A DNA stretch of 64,000 nt, from positions 32,173 to 96,172 of the forward strand of contig JAJPKM010000014.1 in the NCBI GenBank assembly GCA_021323735.1, written 5' to 3'. A program made the translations under genes and the position numbers. Shown here in pieces: positions 9,531 to 19,480 of the stretch (the stretch's first letter is position 1; each line of letters starts with the position of its first letter). Source of the stretch: Gammaproteobacteria bacterium. GTDB lineage: Bacteria > Pseudomonadota > Gammaproteobacteria > Steroidobacterales > Steroidobacteraceae. The notes under the pieces were generated by a model, which made no database searches, was not told the origin of the DNA, and saw nothing but the letters and a program-made list of their open reading frames with translations.

Positions 9531-10001
9531 TCAGCCGGCCAGCAGCGCGCGCAGCAGCGACAATAGTTTCTCGGCGTTGATGGGCTTGCTCGTGATCCTG
9601 AAGTGCGGATCGCTCGGCAATTGCTTGATGGCCTCCGAGGTATCTCCCGTCGTGAGCAGCGCGCGCAGCGGCACACCCAGCACTTCGCGCAAGGTCGCGA
9701 TCACCTGAGTCCCCGTCTCTCCGTCCGCCAGGTGATAATCGGTGATTAGCAAGTCCACCTGGTTTCCCTTCTGAACGTGCGCGACGGCCTCCGTGAGGGT
9801 GCCGATCGGCGTCACGTGATAACCCTCGATCTCCAGCAACGAGCACATGGCGCGGCGTACCGAAAGATTGTCCTCGACCAGAAGAACTCGAGCCCCTCCC
9901 AAGCGGCTTACATCGGTCACGTCAGGGATATTTCCATTCGCCCAGGGGCCTGGCGGCTTATTGTATGCAATGTCGCTGGGTATGGGGTTTGTTTGTCGCA
10001 T
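9531..10001 (-). CDS. Single-domain CheY-like response regulator receiver protein
   Basis: 'ARVLLVEDNLSVRRAM...DLLITDYHLADGETG...SKPINAEKL'. Start taken at the internal Met 'MRQTNPIP'. Confidence 0.75.
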   Translation of the reverse strand: MRQTNPIPSDIAYNKPPGPWANGNIPDVTDVSRLGGARVLLVEDNLSVRRAMCSLLEIEGYHVTPIGTLTEAVAHVQKGNQVDLLITDYHLADGETGTQVIATLREVLGVPLRALLTTGDTSEAIKQLPSDPHFRITSKPINAEKLLSLLRALLAG

Positions 10002-10250
10002 CGCACAAGAAATAAGGGAATCGGCGCAATGGATTGCGGCAATTCCTGATTGGCTCCCGCCAAGGACAGGGCACAATGGCCGGGCAAACTCTTCGAAAGG
10101 TGAGGACGCAAAGCTTCCGGTCTAAGGGCTCTTGCCTATGACAGCGGGGTTGCCGGGGCCGCAAGGCCTTGTTGTGCGGGTCAACGGCCTGCCAAAAAGC
10201 GACCCCTGTGTATTGGCTCCCAAGAATCGGATTCTCAATAGGGAGCGGTT

Positions 10251-10748
10251 ATGTCAGACATTCTTTGCAAACAGACGCGTGCACCGGAAACTCACTCCGG
10301 ACTGCAATACGTGGTGGAGCTGCGCGTTTCGCCGACTCCCATCGATCCTTACAGCGTGCCGCTGCTCGATATCTTTGACGCATATCGTCTTTACAGCGAG
10401 ATCGGCCGCGATAACGGCCAGGTGCGCCACGCACTTTATCTCGGATATTTCAAGGAGCGCGCCACCGCCGCCTCCGTCGCCGGCTACCTGGCAGCGTATT
10501 TTGATGCGCCCCGTGTGGTACAGACGGTGCCGTCACGCTCGCTGCATCTCAAATTCGTACCTCTCAAAGATATCGGTGCGACCGGGACACACTCGGTGAT
10601 CGAGTTGACGGGTGAGCGACCCATGCCAACGCCACTACCCGCCCGAGTTCGCTTGCCCGCGCAGGATCGTGTGCCGGCCATGGCGGCATCCAATCGCAAG
10701 GCCGCGGCACCCTCGCTGCTGGCACGCATTCTCTATATGCACCGATGA
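10251..10748 (+). CDS. Hypothetical protein
   Basis: Unoverlapped 165-aa ORF in an intergenic-looking gap; no recognisable motif. Confidence 0.3.
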   Translation: MSDILCKQTRAPETHSGLQYVVELRVSPTPIDPYSVPLLDIFDAYRLYSEIGRDNGQVRHALYLGYFKERATAASVAGYLAAYFDAPRVVQTVPSRSLHLKFVPLKDIGATGTHSVIELTGERPMPTPLPARVRLPAQDRVPAMAASNRKAAAPSLLARILYMHR

Positions 10749-10820
10749 ATATGCACGGATAGCGAGGACACCGGGGACCGCCGGCCTCGCCTCACGTGCC
10801 CCTCGAGGGGAAGCACTACC

Positions 10821-11018
10821 TCATCGATTCTGCGCCGTCTGCAGAACTTTGCCGGTTCCGCGGCATTCGGCATGGTGGCGAAAATCCGGATTGGTGCACA
10901 TACTCGCGGTCAGTCGCCGAGCGTTGAACTGGGGCGTGACGGAAACTACGATTAGCGCCATGATGGCGACCAATGCCATGACTTCGATGAGCGTAAATCT
11001 TGAATGCGAGCGGTTCAT
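10821..11018 (-). CDS. Small prepilin-type N-terminal methylation-domain protein (type IV pilin/pseudopilin-like)
   Basis: 'MNRSHSRFTLIEVMALVAIMALIVVSV' resembles the (G/R)FTLIE hydrophobic N-terminus of type IV pilins. Short and low-complexity. Confidence 0.35.
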   Translation of the reverse strand: MNRSHSRFTLIEVMALVAIMALIVVSVTPQFNARRLTASMCTNPDFRHHAECRGTGKVLQTAQNR

Positions 11019-11171
11019 GTGCGTACCCACGTGGATCTGGGGAATATGCTCGCACGACGTGGCCCCAACAGGTGTAACGTGCATCACGGTTGCTGTGCGG
11101 TCGGACTAAGTGCTTCTACGTAGGTGCGAGCCGCGGTGTCTTCGTGAGATCCTGCGCCTCATGGTGGAAAT

Positions 11172-11480
11172 ATGGAGATCATGCCGATGGATTTCGAATC
11201 CGTACGTAATCATCCACGGAATCATCAGGAAACACTGGTATTTGACCGCGTAACGCAGTTGGCGCCGAATTACCCAAGCCTTGCGCAGAACGAGGACATG
11301 CTGGTGGATGTGGCGTGCCTGGCACTCAATATGCTCAAGCCTCGGTACATTCGGCATTCCATCGATGCGATGGCTCACATCTCGAACGCCGAGCGGGCGC
11401 AGGAAGCCGCAGTGGTGGAGGTAGCGGTACTAGAAGCTTTCAAACTCGTGCAGTCCGGGCGGCGTAAGGATTCTCGCTGA
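11172..11480 (+). CDS. Hypothetical small protein
   Basis: Unoverlapped 102-aa ORF; no confident motif. Confidence 0.25.
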   Translation: MEIMPMDFESVRNHPRNHQETLVFDRVTQLAPNYPSLAQNEDMLVDVACLALNMLKPRYIRHSIDAMAHISNAERAQEAAVVEVAVLEAFKLVQSGRRKDSR

Positions 11481-11643
11481 GCCGGGAGTCACCGCAACTA
11501 CCGATCCTGATCGCGCGGCCGCCAAGCGCGCGTTCGAGGCAATGATGAAGATGAAAAAGATCGACATTGCCGCCATCGAAGCGGCACGGCGCGGAACTAC
11601 CCGCGCTTAGCGCACGTCAGCGCCTCGCGGCCTAAGAGAATAG

Positions 11644-12210
11644 TTGATCTTTAACGCAACTCATGTAACCTCACGGTTGATGTTTACATCAACTACACTC
11701 AAGAAGCTGCTGGATTCACTGACAGTGGCCGCCCGCGGCAAGGGGCTGAACGATGCAGCCTGGGCATCGGCAGCAGGCTTCAGCAAGGAAACTCTCTCGC
11801 GGTTGCGTCGCCGCAGTTCCTGCGATTTGTCCACACTGATAGCACTCGCCGACGCCTCAGGATCCCGTTTGTCCGTCACGATCGCCGCCCAACCCGTAAC
11901 CACCTCCGACGGTCATTTCCCGGGCGAGCTGTCGCGCGACTACGAGCGGCAACTGCTGGCGCTCTGTGCTTCCGGGAAGCTCGACCCGGCCGCATGGGCG
12001 GCCGCCGGCCCGGCTTTCTTCATGGCCGGTCTCGCCGTCATGCTTGCCAGCAATGCCGATGCGGATCGCCGCGGCCTGCTCGCGCTTGCCGATCTCTTGC
12101 ACCCCGGCGCCACCGAAGTCCCGGTGTTCGCGCGTTGGCTGAAGCGCAGTCCCGTCCGCCCCTCGCGCTTCTTGCCTATGCTGGCGACGGAGGCCAAGTA
12201 TGCGGCCTAG
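11644..12210 (+). CDS. Putative AbiEi-like antitoxin / HTH transcriptional regulator
   Basis: HTH-like 'AGFSKETLSRLRRR'. Overlaps the downstream nucleotidyltransferase-fold gene by 11 bp (operon coupling). Confidence 0.4.
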   Translation: MIFNATHVTSRLMFTSTTLKKLLDSLTVAARGKGLNDAAWASAAGFSKETLSRLRRRSSCDLSTLIALADASGSRLSVTIAAQPVTTSDGHFPGELSRDYERQLLALCASGKLDPAAWAAAGPAFFMAGLAVMLASNADADRRGLLALADLLHPGATEVPVFARWLKRSPVRPSRFLPMLATEAKYAA

Positions 12211-12796
12211 CCGTGCGACGCGGCCGGAATATCTCGCCGCATTCACAGAACTTGTCCAGCGCATCGCCTTGCCGCTTGGCGAATTACCTAGGCGAAGCCT
12301 ACCCATCAGGATGTATGTGGCCGGCGGTGCGGCCATGCATTTTTATACCGGCGAGCGTGTGTCCAACGACGTCGATGCCGTGTTTTCCAAACGCATCGCA
12401 CTACCCAGCGACTTGGAAGTCACCTACCAAGATCCCGATGGAGCCCCGCGACTGCTCTACTTCGACCGCCAATACAACGAAAGCTTCGCCCTCATGCACG
12501 AGGATGCTCACGACGACTCGGTCCCGCTGACACTCAAGCACATCGATGCCTGCATCCTCGATGTCCGACTACTCTCCGCGCTCGACCTCGCGGTTAGCAA
12601 GATCAGTCGCTTTTCCAGCCAAGACCGCGACGACATCATCACGCTCGGCAAGCACGGTTTAATCAAGTCCGCGGCGCTGCGCCGTCGTTCCGAACAGGCC
12701 ATGCATTACTACGTCGGTAATCTCGACACCCTCAAAGGAACGATCGATTTTGCCTGCCGCATCGTGGAAGACGCCGAGCAACGTAATTCTCGGTAA
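12200..12796 (+). CDS. Putative AbiEii/AbiGii-family nucleotidyltransferase toxin (DUF1814-like)
   Basis: 'LPIRMYVAGGAAMHFYTGERVSNDVDAVF' resembles the GG..AL....R.S.D(I/V)D(F/A) NTase motif of AbiEii toxins. Coupled to an upstream HTH gene. Confidence 0.45.
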   Translation: MRPSRATRPEYLAAFTELVQRIALPLGELPRRSLPIRMYVAGGAAMHFYTGERVSNDVDAVFSKRIALPSDLEVTYQDPDGAPRLLYFDRQYNESFALMHEDAHDDSVPLTLKHIDACILDVRLLSALDLAVSKISRFSSQDRDDIITLGKHGLIKSAALRRRSEQAMHYYVGNLDTLKGTIDFACRIVEDAEQRNSR

Positions 12797-12811
12797 GCGG
12801 ATGTTCCCGAT

Positions 12812-12890
12812 CTGGCCGGCCACTGCGCCGTGTCGGCTAACGGAAATTGGCGTTTGGCCTTCACATTTGAAGGCACCGATGCGATCTTGG
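12812..12890 (+). pseudogene. higB: Orphan 3'-terminal fragment of a higB-type (killer-protein family) toxin gene; degenerate copy of the element at 51074-51176
   Basis: Encodes '...NGNWRLAFTFEGTDAILVG', matching the conserved C-terminus '(V)NGNWR(I/L)TFxFxxGDAxxLxYxDYH' of HigB-family toxins. About 85 percent nucleotide identity with 51074-51150, including upstream 'ctggccactg'. Confidence 0.6.
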
Positions 12891-12922
12891 TCGGCGCCGA
12901 GACAAATGCGCCCATGAGGTCA

Positions 12923-14167
12923 TCATGTCGGCAAGGTCACGACAAAACAGCTACGCCCGCCCTCCGTAACTTCGCAGCGCGCATCGCCGCCATGACGGCG
13001 CGCGATTTGCCGTACCAGTGCCAAGCCCAACCCGGTTCCGGCGGACTTGCCGGCAACTTTCGGGCGATGGAAAGGCCGGAATACGTTCTCAAATTCGGCC
13101 GGCCGCACCCCTGGACCACTGTCCCAGACGGTGATGATCGCAGTATCAGCTTCGCGTACGATTTTCACATGGGTGGGAGGTGCGCCATGACGGCGCGCAT
13201 TCTCGAGCAGATTGCGCAAGAGGCGTCGCAACAGCCGCGCATCGCCACGAACACTGACGACGGCGCCTTCGAGCTGAACGTCCTCGTAGCGTGCGGATTC
13301 CTCTGCGGCGAGCGCAAGTAGATCGAGTTCCTCGGCGGCCAGGGGCTCGGTAACGACGTCGAGGCGGCTGGCGAGCAAGATCTCATCGACCAGCCAGTCG
13401 AGTTCGGCGATGTCCTGTTCCAGTCCCTTCCGGCGCCCGGCATCTGCGGAGTTCTTCATCAGTTCGACGGCCAGTCGGATGCGTGCCAACGGGGTCCGCA
13501 GTTCGTGCGAGGCGTTGGCGAGGAGGGTCTTATGACTTTGCACCAGCAGCTCGATCTGACTGGCGGCGCGGTTGAAACTCGCGGCGAGGCGCGCCACCTC
13601 GTCGAGACCTTCGACGGGAACGCGGGCGGTGAGGTCGCCGGCGCCGAGCGATTCGACTCCGCGCTGCAGGCGCTCGAGACGACGGCTGATCTGACGCACG
13701 ATCGGGAAGGCGGCGGCGCCGATCGCCACCGCAAGCAGCATCAGCACCAGATGGAAGAGGAGCCTCGTGTGGCCGTAGCCTAGGGGTACGCCTGCTACCA
13801 GCCATCGGCCATCGGCGAGATGTACATACGAAGCCGGCCCATGCTGCCAAGGAAACATACCCATCGTGTGGCGATGCTTCGCTTCGGGCGGGGGCATAGG
13901 CCGCCCTATGGCGGCGGTCGGGTGGCCCTCCTGATCGAACAAAGTGACATCGGCGTTAAGCCCCGCCGCCAGCCGCCGCAGTGCCTCCTGCTGCTCGGCG
14001 GCCGGCGCGGCGGCGGGCGGCAGCACGTTCTGTACGAGCCTCCCGAGTGTGATGCCGGCCTGCTCCGCGGACCCGCTGGTGAAGTGCCACAGGACCGCGG
14101 TCGCGAGCACGAACAATAGAAGACTCGCTACCAGGGCGAGATAGAACCTTAGGTAGAGGCGAAGCAT
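12923..14167 (-). CDS. Envelope-stress-type sensor histidine kinase (EnvZ/CpxA/RstB-like; two TM, HAMP, HisKA, HATPase_c)
   Basis: TM1 'LALVASLLLFVLATAVLW', periplasmic loop, TM2, H-box 'ASHELRTPLARIRLAVELM', 'DSGPGV', 'GTGLGLALV'. Confidence 0.85.
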   Translation of the reverse strand: MLRLYLRFYLALVASLLLFVLATAVLWHFTSGSAEQAGITLGRLVQNVLPPAAAPAAEQQEALRRLAAGLNADVTLFDQEGHPTAAIGRPMPPPEAKHRHTMGMFPWQHGPASYVHLADGRWLVAGVPLGYGHTRLLFHLVLMLLAVAIGAAAFPIVRQISRRLERLQRGVESLGAGDLTARVPVEGLDEVARLAASFNRAASQIELLVQSHKTLLANASHELRTPLARIRLAVELMKNSADAGRRKGLEQDIAELDWLVDEILLASRLDVVTEPLAAEELDLLALAAEESARYEDVQLEGAVVSVRGDARLLRRLLRNLLENARRHGAPPTHVKIVREADTAIITVWDSGPGVRPAEFENVFRPFHRPKVAGKSAGTGLGLALVRQIARRHGGDARCEVTEGGRSCFVVTLPT

Positions 14168-14859
14168 CAGTCCTGCGCTTTGGCGAACACGTAACCGGCC
14201 CCTCGAACAGTGATGACGCGGCGGGGCTTTTTCGGATCGTCCTCGATGGCCGCGCGGATGCGCGACATGTGCACGTCGATCGAGCGGTCGAAGGCTTCGG
14301 GTTGCTCGCCTTTCACGAGGTCCATGAGGGATTCGCGCGACAGCACCCGGCCCGCCTTGCGCGCCAGCGCCAGCAAGAGATCGAACTGGTAGCCGGTGAT
14401 ATCGCAGGTCTCGCCATCGAGCCGTACCATGCGCGCAGAGGAGTCGATCTCCAGACGCCCGAAGTGCAGCGATTCATCGGCAAATGCTCTGCCGCGGACG
14501 CCGCGTCTCAAGATCGCTCGCAGGCGAGCGAGAAGCTGGCGCGGCTCGAAGGGCTTCGGCAGGTAATCGTCCGCACCGAGCTCGAGGCCTACTATCCGGT
14601 CGATGGCATCGCCGCGCCCGGTGAGCATGAGGACCGGGGTGTCCGATGTCGTGCGCAGCTGACGGCAGACATCAAGCCCGTCCATGTCGGGCAACATCAG
14701 ATCGAGCACGACGGCATCATACTCGGCCTCGGAGAGCCGTTTCAGCGCCGTAGCACCTAGCGGGGCAAGATCGATCCGAAGTCCCGCCTGACCGAGATAC
14801 TCCAACAGCATCTCGGCAAGGCGGGAATCGTCTTCGACCAGGAGAATTCGCTCGGTCAT
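14167..14859 (-). CDS. OmpR/PhoB-family response regulator
   Basis: 'ILLVEDDSRLAEML...DAVVLDLMLPDMDGLDVC'; C-terminal winged helix 'SRESLMDLVKGE...DVHMSRIRAAIEDD...ITVRGAGYVF'. 1-bp overlap with the HK gene. Confidence 0.9.
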   Translation of the reverse strand: MTERILLVEDDSRLAEMLLEYLGQAGLRIDLAPLGATALKRLSEAEYDAVVLDLMLPDMDGLDVCRQLRTTSDTPVLMLTGRGDAIDRIVGLELGADDYLPKPFEPRQLLARLRAILRRGVRGRAFADESLHFGRLEIDSSARMVRLDGETCDITGYQFDLLLALARKAGRVLSRESLMDLVKGEQPEAFDRSIDVHMSRIRAAIEDDPKKPRRVITVRGAGYVFAKAQD

Positions 14860-14907
14860 CCAGCCACGGACTCTATGCCCTGCCGGTGGAATTCACCAGG
14901 CCACCCC

Positions 14908-15435
14908 TCAATGCGACAACCCGTGCAGGTGCTCGAGATGCTCGTACAGCGCCTGGCGTTGCGCCGGGGTGAGTACATCGCCGACATCAGCGAGGAGCTG
15001 CACGATGCGCTTCGAGGCTTCATCGGCGAGTTGCAGATGTTCGGCGCGGGCCGCCTCGAGCGCAGAGCGGTCGACGGTGGGTTGTTCGAGGGCCTGTACG
15101 GCATGGCTGCGCGCGGACCGCAACTGCGAATGCATGGTCATCAGGTCGTTGACCGCCTGCTTGACGAGAGGTCCGATCTGGACCTTCTGGGCATCGGTCG
15201 CATCGACTTCGACGTAGAAGTGTTTGAGCATGCTATCGACGTGAGCCGAGGCCTCGGCGCCGCTGTGCGCCCCGTCCATCATGCCGTGATGCCAGCCGCT
15301 CGTGGCCTCGCTACGGGCCAGGCCGCCGACGCTGGCCACGAGGGCGGCGCCCGCGAGAAATGCGGCGGCTGTGTGGCGGCCGAAGAAGCGCCGCGCCGAC
15401 GGCGCGCTCGGGCTGGTCGGTGTTGGATCGTTCAT
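14908..15435 (-). CDS. Periplasmic CpxP/Spy/ZraP-family stress protein
   Basis: Signal sequence plus 'LTPAQRQAL' (LTxxQ motif) and a His-rich helical protein of about 175 aa. Located just upstream of the RR/HK pair. Confidence 0.7.
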   Translation of the reverse strand: MNDPTPTSPSAPSARRFFGRHTAAAFLAGAALVASVGGLARSEATSGWHHGMMDGAHSGAEASAHVDSMLKHFYVEVDATDAQKVQIGPLVKQAVNDLMTMHSQLRSARSHAVQALEQPTVDRSALEAARAEHLQLADEASKRIVQLLADVGDVLTPAQRQALYEHLEHLHGLSH

Positions 15436-15583
15436 GAGTCACTCCTTGTTCAGGTGAGGGAAATACCCGATGAAGGATGCATGGCCTCGATGTGCGGCGG
15501 TTGTACGGCCGGTAAAGTTTTGTGAAGAGCGCCGCAGTGCTCGCCGCATGACCCCCCCGTGGATACAGTTACCCCGTGCGGGC

Positions 15584-17092
15584 TCAATCGAACAGGCTGA
15601 GGATGCGTTGATACTTTTCGATGTAGCCGCGATTTTCGCGGTTATAGGGTGGAATGCTGACTGCTCGCACGACTGAGCCTTCCTCGCGCCAGACACAGGG
15701 GCAGGCGACTGCAGAGCCCGGGGAGAGCTGGCCCGCGCGGCGCAACTCGCCCAACGGGACGCCCATGCGGTCGAGCGCGCGATGAAGCTTCGCCACGTTG
15801 CGCGGGCCGCCGTTGTAGGCCGCAACCGCAAAGATGCCAAGCACTTCCGGATTCGCGCGATAGGCGGAGCGGATTTCACTGCTCATCTGTGACAGCTCGA
15901 TATCCAGCAGGCAAACGGCCGCCTTCATAGCGTTCGGCAGGCGGGTCGCGCCGCGCTCAAAGTTCGAGTCCAGCTGTGCGCCGCGGCACCTGCGCACGAC
16001 AAACGAATAGGTGCCATTGCCGTGCCGGTTGGTGAACTGCATAGGGCCCAGCGCTTTCGCACTCGAGACGCTGTAGCGAAATGCTTCCTCGCGCTTCAGA
16101 CCGTACTGGCTGAGTACCTCGTCGAATGCATCTGTGCCCTTTTCGAGGAAATCCTCGTCGTCGGTCTGCTCTATGACCGCCAGCGTCGTGACCACCTCAG
16201 CTGGTATCACGTCCGCGAGCAACTCGCCGGGAAAGGCCGCGCTCGGCACATTCGCGTCACGAAGCTCGTCCATGGCTTGCCGTGCGGTGCTGAGCAGGAA
16301 ATCCCTGCCGCCCGTGACGAAGCGCGGGTCAAGGGTATCCTGGGTATAGGGCAGGTAGACGATGGGTCGTGCCGTCGCCGCCGCCTCGCGCCAGCGTTTT
16401 TTCTTGATGAGCGTGTTGTCGAATACCGGGAATTTGCGGCCGTAGACCTTCAGCTCCTCGCCGCCGCGCGAGAATGCGAACATCAGCCGCTCGGCCCCCG
16501 AGCCCTTCACGTGCCGTGCCTCAATACCGGGCGTGAGCACGGCGAAGGGCAGTGGCCCGTGGCCGGGCTTCCATTTCACCGGCGGGCGGGGGATCTCCAA
16601 GTGAGCAATGGTCCAGTTCTTCTGCTCCTCGCTCCACAACGCGAAGGCGACCGGCCGCCCGCGCAGCACCTCACGCCCACCCTTACCGGTGAAGGCGTAG
16701 TGCAGTTCTACGTCGCGTAGCTGCGCCTGGCCCTCGGCAACCAAGTCGTGGATGACGAGGTGGCGCTCGCGCCCCTCCACGACCAACTCCGGCAAGTTTT
16801 GAGTCTTGGGTGGCGCCTCGCGCTGCTCCGTCTCGGCGACGGCTGCCGGAACCTCGGTTTCACCCTCGTCTTTGGCTTTGCTCGCGGCCACCGGGAGGTC
16901 CTGCACGGGCGCGGGGGCGGGGACGGTATCCGCGACCAGTATTGGGTCGTCTGCTGTCTCGATGCGGCCGCCCCGGGAAGCGCACGCGGAGCACAATAGA
17001 AGGGCCAGGAGCGGCAGCGCCGTTGAGGCACCCCGGGAAACACGCAGAGAGGAACTCGGACTTGTAGAAGCGGGCGGTAGCAATGACATCAT
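15584..17092 (-). CDS. Lytic murein transglycosylase-domain lipoprotein with a Pro/Ala-rich N-terminal linker
   Basis: C-terminal SLT-like block 'LGIFAVAAYNGGPRNV' with an upstream catalytic-region 'E...S'; lipoprotein-like signal 'LLALLLCSACAS'. Start taken at the internal 'MMSLLPP'. Confidence 0.65.
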   Translation of the reverse strand: MMSLLPPASTSPSSSLRVSRGASTALPLLALLLCSACASRGGRIETADDPILVADTVPAPAPVQDLPVAASKAKDEGETEVPAAVAETEQREAPPKTQNLPELVVEGRERHLVIHDLVAEGQAQLRDVELHYAFTGKGGREVLRGRPVAFALWSEEQKNWTIAHLEIPRPPVKWKPGHGPLPFAVLTPGIEARHVKGSGAERLMFAFSRGGEELKVYGRKFPVFDNTLIKKKRWREAAATARPIVYLPYTQDTLDPRFVTGGRDFLLSTARQAMDELRDANVPSAAFPGELLADVIPAEVVTTLAVIEQTDDEDFLEKGTDAFDEVLSQYGLKREEAFRYSVSSAKALGPMQFTNRHGNGTYSFVVRRCRGAQLDSNFERGATRLPNAMKAAVCLLDIELSQMSSEIRSAYRANPEVLGIFAVAAYNGGPRNVAKLHRALDRMGVPLGELRRAGQLSPGSAVACPCVWREEGSVVRAVSIPPYNRENRGYIEKYQRILSLFD

Positions 17093-17178
17093 AGCCCGAT
17101 GATACCGGCGAACGGCGCGCCGCACGACCTCGAAGCGCGTGACGAGTAATCGGCTCCCGCAAGATCCCAGCGCCACAC

Positions 17179-17268
17179 GGCGCGGGTCGGGATAAAGCGA
17201 TAACCGGTTGATTCTCGGCAAGTAAGCTGCGGAGTGGACCCCCCCTCGACCTCAGCGTTGCCACTGCC
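17179..17268. repeat. Copy A of an ~88-bp direct repeat (partner at 30652-30738) containing the 'cggttgattctc' core element
   Basis: Hand alignment gives about 85 percent identity over about 88 bp, including 'cggttgattctc(g/a)gc(a/g)agtaag...gcggag(t/c)ggacc...tcgacctcag(c/a)gttgcc'. Confidence 0.7.
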
Positions 17269-17348
17269 CAGGTTAATTTCATAGAACTGCTGTATCCATG
17301 GGAGATGTGGTATTTTATGTGGATAGACATCCACATAGTTATACACAT

Positions 17349-17582
17349 ATGAAGACAATTCAAATGACAATCGATGAGCGATTGCTGAAGCTTGTCGACA
17401 AGATGAGCCAGGCACGCAAGACCACCCGATCTGCGTTCATTCGAGACGCGCTAGAGGCAAAAATCGAGCGCGAGCGAATCCGAGAGAAGGAACTCCGTCA
17501 TGCCGGCGGCTACGCACAAAAGCCTGTCGCGCCGGGTGAATTCGAAGTTTGGCTCAGTGAACAGGACTGGGGCGCATCATGA
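17349..17582 (+). CDS. mazE: MazE/CcdA-like ribbon-helix-helix antitoxin
   Basis: 'MKTIQMTIDERLLKLVDKMSQARKTTRSAFIRDALE' RHH fold. 4-bp overlap with the downstream toxin gene. Confidence 0.75.
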   Translation: MKTIQMTIDERLLKLVDKMSQARKTTRSAFIRDALEAKIERERIREKELRHAGGYAQKPVAPGEFEVWLSEQDWGAS

Positions 17583-17896
17583 ATCGAGGGGATGTGTGCT
17601 GGTACACCTTCAAGGCACCGGACAAGAAGCGACCGGTGTTGATTCTCACTCGCGAATCCGCAATTTCGATTCTAAATTCGGTGACTATTGCACCCATCAC
17701 ATCAACGATCCGCAGCATTCCTACGGAGATCCTCTTGACTGAGCAGGATGGTGTACCTCACATTTGCGCAGCAAACTTCGACAATCTCCAGACCGTACCC
17801 AAAAGTAACATTGGCAGTCGCATCACGCGTTTGACGTCGCACAGAATGAAAGAAGTGGCGACAGCCGTATCGTTCGCGCTCGGGTTGGATGAATGA
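17579..17896 (+). CDS. mazF: MazF/PemK-family endoribonuclease toxin
   Basis: 'MNRGDVCWYTFKAPDKKRPVLILTRESAISILNSVTIAPITSTIR' is a typical PemK/MazF N-terminus. Confidence 0.8.
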   Translation: MNRGDVCWYTFKAPDKKRPVLILTRESAISILNSVTIAPITSTIRSIPTEILLTEQDGVPHICAANFDNLQTVPKSNIGSRITRLTSHRMKEVATAVSFALGLDE

Positions 17897-18010
17897 TTGC
17901 CGTCCCACGCGCGTCCCGCATTACCGCCAACCTGACGCAGAGCGAACTCGCCAAGCTATTGGGGGCCGAGCGTAAGTAGGTCCTAAACCTGGAACGTGGC
18001 AACTCCCATC

Positions 18011-19276
18011 TCACTTTCCCAGTGTCTCCGCGGCCTTCTCGTGCACGACCCAGCCTCGCGTCTTAAGCTCGGCGCCGGCTCGAGGCGATATCGTACCGGC
18101 GGTCCATAGTTCTAATTCGCTAGGGTTCGCCGGTAGTAGCGCATGGAGCGCCGCTCCGTCGGTCGAGACCTCGTCGGTCCAATAGACTGCGTCGAATGCG
18201 CCAAGCACCGCAATGCCTCCGTCCGAGAATTGCGCCGTGGGCAGCCGCAGTCCAGAAAGGATCCGGGCAACGGGCCGATGTGCATGGAGACCGACCAGGA
18301 GACCCGTGCTCTGCAGAAACACTTGGACCTCGTCCTCGGATGTGAGAGTCATCGCGTGCCGGAACAATTCGTCTCGGCCGGCCACGCCATCCAGAGACTT
18401 CGCATACTCTCCCAGGAGCTTCTGCTGGGTGGGACTCAAGAGCAGCGTGTTTTCGAAGCGTTTGATTTCCAGCTTCGTGAGCCCGTAGCCCGCAAGAGTG
18501 GTCCGCTGTCGAGCACGTAGAACCGCTGGATCCTCATTGTAAATGGCATCCATCGCGCGCTTGACGTCGCCCAGATAAGGAACTCCCGGAATAGCGACGA
18601 AGTGCAGGCCCAAATTGATCGTCGCATCCACTTTGGCGAGGTGATGCACGGCTTTGCGCAGCACCTCATTATTCGTGTACGGGTCCACGCCGAGCTGCTG
18701 ATAATACCGACGTTCCGCCGCCGATACGCCAAGGTATCGATCAGCATAATGGGTCGCCTCGGCCTTCACATCCTTGGCAACGTGCGAGCTTTCGCCCGGT
18801 TTCCCTACCTGTTGCACTTGCTCGGTCAATTCACCGGCTTCGGCCTTGTACCCGTGGAACAAATGCGAAACCCCCTTCGGGATCCCAACGACGGTCTTGA
18901 TCGGATTACCGGCAACCTGGGCGATGGTCTTGACGTCACCCTGCACCCGTCCTGTCACGGTTTTGACGAGCACATCGATGTCGGTCGTCTTGGCGATTCG
19001 CGACAATGCCGCTACTTCTCGCACGCGGACGCCCAGTGCGGTTCGCCCATAGGCATTAAATTCGCCGAAGCGGCTCACCACCACATAGTGATGCATGAGC
19101 CCGTCGGACTGCACGGGTTCGCGGACATGGAAGTCAGGGCCTGAAACCAATTCCGCCGGCAGACTGGCCGCAGCGGACTCCTCGGGCGGCATTTCGAAGT
19201 CAACCGCGTAGGCAGTGGTTACCGCAGCAAGCGCCATCGTCAGAGAATTTATGAATGCGTACCGAGTTCTCGCCAT
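18011..19276 (-). CDS. Secreted hypothetical protein
   Basis: Signal peptide 'MARTRYAFINSLTMALAAVTTAYA'; about 420 aa; no recognisable catalytic motif. Confidence 0.45.
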   Translation of the reverse strand: MARTRYAFINSLTMALAAVTTAYAVDFEMPPEESAAASLPAELVSGPDFHVREPVQSDGLMHHYVVVSRFGEFNAYGRTALGVRVREVAALSRIAKTTDIDVLVKTVTGRVQGDVKTIAQVAGNPIKTVVGIPKGVSHLFHGYKAEAGELTEQVQQVGKPGESSHVAKDVKAEATHYADRYLGVSAAERRYYQQLGVDPYTNNEVLRKAVHHLAKVDATINLGLHFVAIPGVPYLGDVKRAMDAIYNEDPAVLRARQRTTLAGYGLTKLEIKRFENTLLLSPTQQKLLGEYAKSLDGVAGRDELFRHAMTLTSEDEVQVFLQSTGLLVGLHAHRPVARILSGLRLPTAQFSDGGIAVLGAFDAVYWTDEVSTDGAALHALLPANPSELELWTAGTISPRAGAELKTRGWVVHEKAAETLGK

Positions 19277-19480
19277 TTTAATGTTGCTCATGATCCCTTT
19301 ATTTCCATCCCTTGGATTGTTCCTCGTCCTGCCAAGACTCCGTCAAAGTTCGAGTATTCATGGTTTCGATCCAGTCCTTGGCGAATCGCGGAATCGAAGG
19401 CAGTAGACGCGTGCAGTATGCCGTAACCGTGTAACCCACAGTTACTGGCAATGCCGGAATGACAAATCGGCTTGACTCCC

